From Octopus bimaculoides (Eukaryota), in contig NC_068981.1 in the NCBI RefSeq assembly GCF_001194135.2, positions 177,250,122-177,314,121 on the forward strand: DNA of 64,000 nt, given 5' to 3'. The notes under the pieces are model-generated. The model saw nothing but the letters and a program-made list of their open reading frames with translations. It made no database searches and was not told where the DNA came from. The translations under genes were made by a program, and so were the position numbers. Positions 61,880-64,000 of the stretch are shown here, in pieces (position 1 is the stretch's first letter; the number at the start of each line of letters is the position of its first letter).

Positions 61880-63350
61880 GCTTTCTAGTTCCCCTTTTGT
61901 TGCTTTTCACTAAGCTGATACTCTATTATGCTTTCCCAAATATTTGTTCTAAACTGCATAGTTCTACTTTTCTGCAACACTGGCCTCGGTATAGAATTAA
62001 CAGAATATATGCTTCCTGCGTGAGAGCTGGTACTTTGGAAACAACAATTCCTGGAACCTGCTGTTGTTTCTTCCTCTTTTTCTCAGTTACTCTTGGCAGA
62101 AAGCTTTCAACGAATCTTTGTATCACACGCATAATAACTAGACTTCCTGCCTTGCATAACCAATTTAATTCTTTTAATGTTTGCATACACAATGGGGCGC
62201 AGCTTTGGAATATCCTTGTGATCTTCGGGGGCTATACTGTTTCGTGTTAAGTCAGTTCTTTGTAACCTATCCGAAGAACAGTAACATTCAAAATTTCCTG
62301 AAGGACTATGGGCTTCTCTTGACCTTTTGTTTGAGTTCATTTTTTATTTTTTCCTCGAGATTCTTTTGCTTTTTACTGTCTCCGACAATTTGTTACTTCT
62401 GTTTATTTTATGTTCACTCTATTGTAACAAGACGAAGGGTTTATGCTGTTAGTTTGTGGATGGGAGAGGGGCATTTGTTTGTCGGCTTCTGGTATTGGTT
62501 ATGAGGTGAGATTTTTGGCCGTTCCCAGAGTTGAATCTAGTAGTGTTCTGGAAACAGCAAATTCTGAGTTCTGCTGCTGTTGTTGTTATTGCTATCCTCC
62601 ATTCGCTCTCTCCTCCTCTGCCATGTCAATTGTACATGACAGAAAGCCCCACGATAAAGCCTACTACCACACGTGTAACTGGATTTTCTATCCTGCACTA
62701 TGAGCCTTATCGCTACGATAACGCACTCTTCCAGAATGGTTGCTATCTTTGGAAGTCATTAAGAACTGGATGTCTATGCGGAACTCTCTCGACCACATAG
62801 ATTTTCGTCACTTCGGCAATCAACCTGTCTATACTGTGCTGCAAAAGTGACGATGAACCGACAGTCAGCGTCATTGCCAATGTTTCTTGCTGGGATCCAC
62901 TCATGTCTTGTGGCTCCAGCTTATGCGCAGGAATGTGACACTCCTGTTTTCTTTCCCTGTCTTCAGTGTTGGAAATCAAGCGCACGTTTCTGCATGCCCT
63001 GTTCCCATCGACAGAAACGACATCGGTTAAAAGTTCCTGTAACTATTTTTGGTGGCATATTACAAACTCTTACATTTTTTGGAAAGTCAGAAGTATATCA
63101 CTTTGCTTCTCGCCTTTTCTAGGATAAATTCGTCAGGAAAGAAGAAAGAATTATTTTTGTAATATCTCACCTCTCCACATACTTTTCATTTTCGGAGAAG
63201 AAAGCCATGTTTAATAAGACTCACTGGCTGGTAGCACAAGCAAACCTTTGTTGATGTCTGCATTGTAAAAATTATGACGTTGCTATCACCTAGGTCTGTG
63301 TTTACATATGTATTCATCTGTGGAGTTATTTCTGCGTTTTTGTTTTTGTT
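61880..63350 (-). mobile_element. Degenerate 5' part of a non-LTR retrotransposon, possibly R4/Dong clade
   Basis: Broken frames with a Cys-rich N-terminus (RCRFCRWEQG...) and a TLKELNWLCKAGSLVI...KKRKKQQ segment reminiscent of the R4/Dong pre-RT region. The clade call is tentative. Confidence 0.4.
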
Positions 63351-63601
63351 TTCAGAATGAACATACCTGTAGTAGCTTGTTACATGTTAAACTTCTGAGC
63401 CTGATATCACACCGGCTCCTCATTGAATAATATATAAACAAAACGCTTAAAAGTTTTTGACGATAAAAAAATATATATACTTCTTACCTCTCTATGTATG
63501 TATGTATCCACAAGTAAAAACTAAGAAAAACATCCAATAATGAAAAGAATGCAAAATTTTTTTACAGCTCGAACAAAACACGTTAATAATATTATTATTA
63601 T

Positions 63602-63790
63602 TACTCTGCGCGCGTAAGCGAAAGCAGGGTATTGTAATCACTCATCTTGGTCTGTGTGTTTGCAAAATTACTGGAAAGCAGTGGAACGGAATTTCACCAA
63701 ATTTGGCAGAAATATTCATTGGGTGAGTGGCTCGAAATGATGAAAATTTGTTTGATTATCTTCAAATATACGTAAATACATACAAAGATA
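63602..63790 (+). mobile_element. Helentron-associated (HINE/DINE-1-like) non-autonomous element start
   Basis: Subterminal hairpin TACTCTGC...GCAGGGTA followed by GGAATTTCACCAAATTTGGCA. Confidence 0.4.
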
Positions 63791-64000
63791 TGCGACTGTG
63801 TGTGTGAGGGTCTCTCGTTTATTTACGAGTTCATTTCTTAATTTCACCGGAGTGTAAATAATTGTGATACTTGAATTTTTTTTTTTTTTTTTTTTAAACG
63901 AACTTACAAATTTCCCGATAAGCAATTTTAGTCAAACACCCTCAAAATTTAATTCAGTTCAATTAAAAAGCATGGATAAGCAATGCATTGTAAGCCACAC

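Overview
AT-rich, repeat-dense eukaryotic DNA with many N-gaps next to microsatellites. The SINE, RTE and mariner content matches an octopus (coleoid cephalopod) genome; this is inferred from repeat families I recognise, not from a database search. One clear protein-coding exon is visible: minus strand, ATG at 3427, donor at 2654/2653, encoding an acidic Gln-rich disordered N-terminus of an unidentified gene. Its probable promoter and untranslated exons lie 23-26 kb upstream (26-30 kb). The rest is mostly mobile DNA: several tRNA-derived SINE families, RTE LINE pieces, Penelope-like ends, six Tc1/mariner relics, a P-element/THAP9-type transposase fossil, piggyBac-, hAT- and Merlin-like MITEs, and an R4/Dong-like relic. 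Four observations stand out. (1) A 1.9-kb ORF1-only (gag-knuckle, no RT) retroelement with TSD is nested in a mariner, and its 3' ~42 nt match the tail of one SINE subfamily in this window. (2) A dispersed 28S rRNA fragment is flanked by an 8-bp direct repeat and carries an altered sarcin-ricin loop. (3) A candidate TATA-driven two-exon 67-aa microprotein gene. (4) An intronic 44-bp-stem hairpin. Most long ORFs in the supplied track are artefacts of N-gaps or microsatellites. No CRISPR array, intact transposase or intact RT was found. Repeat boundaries without TSD/TIR support are approximate.
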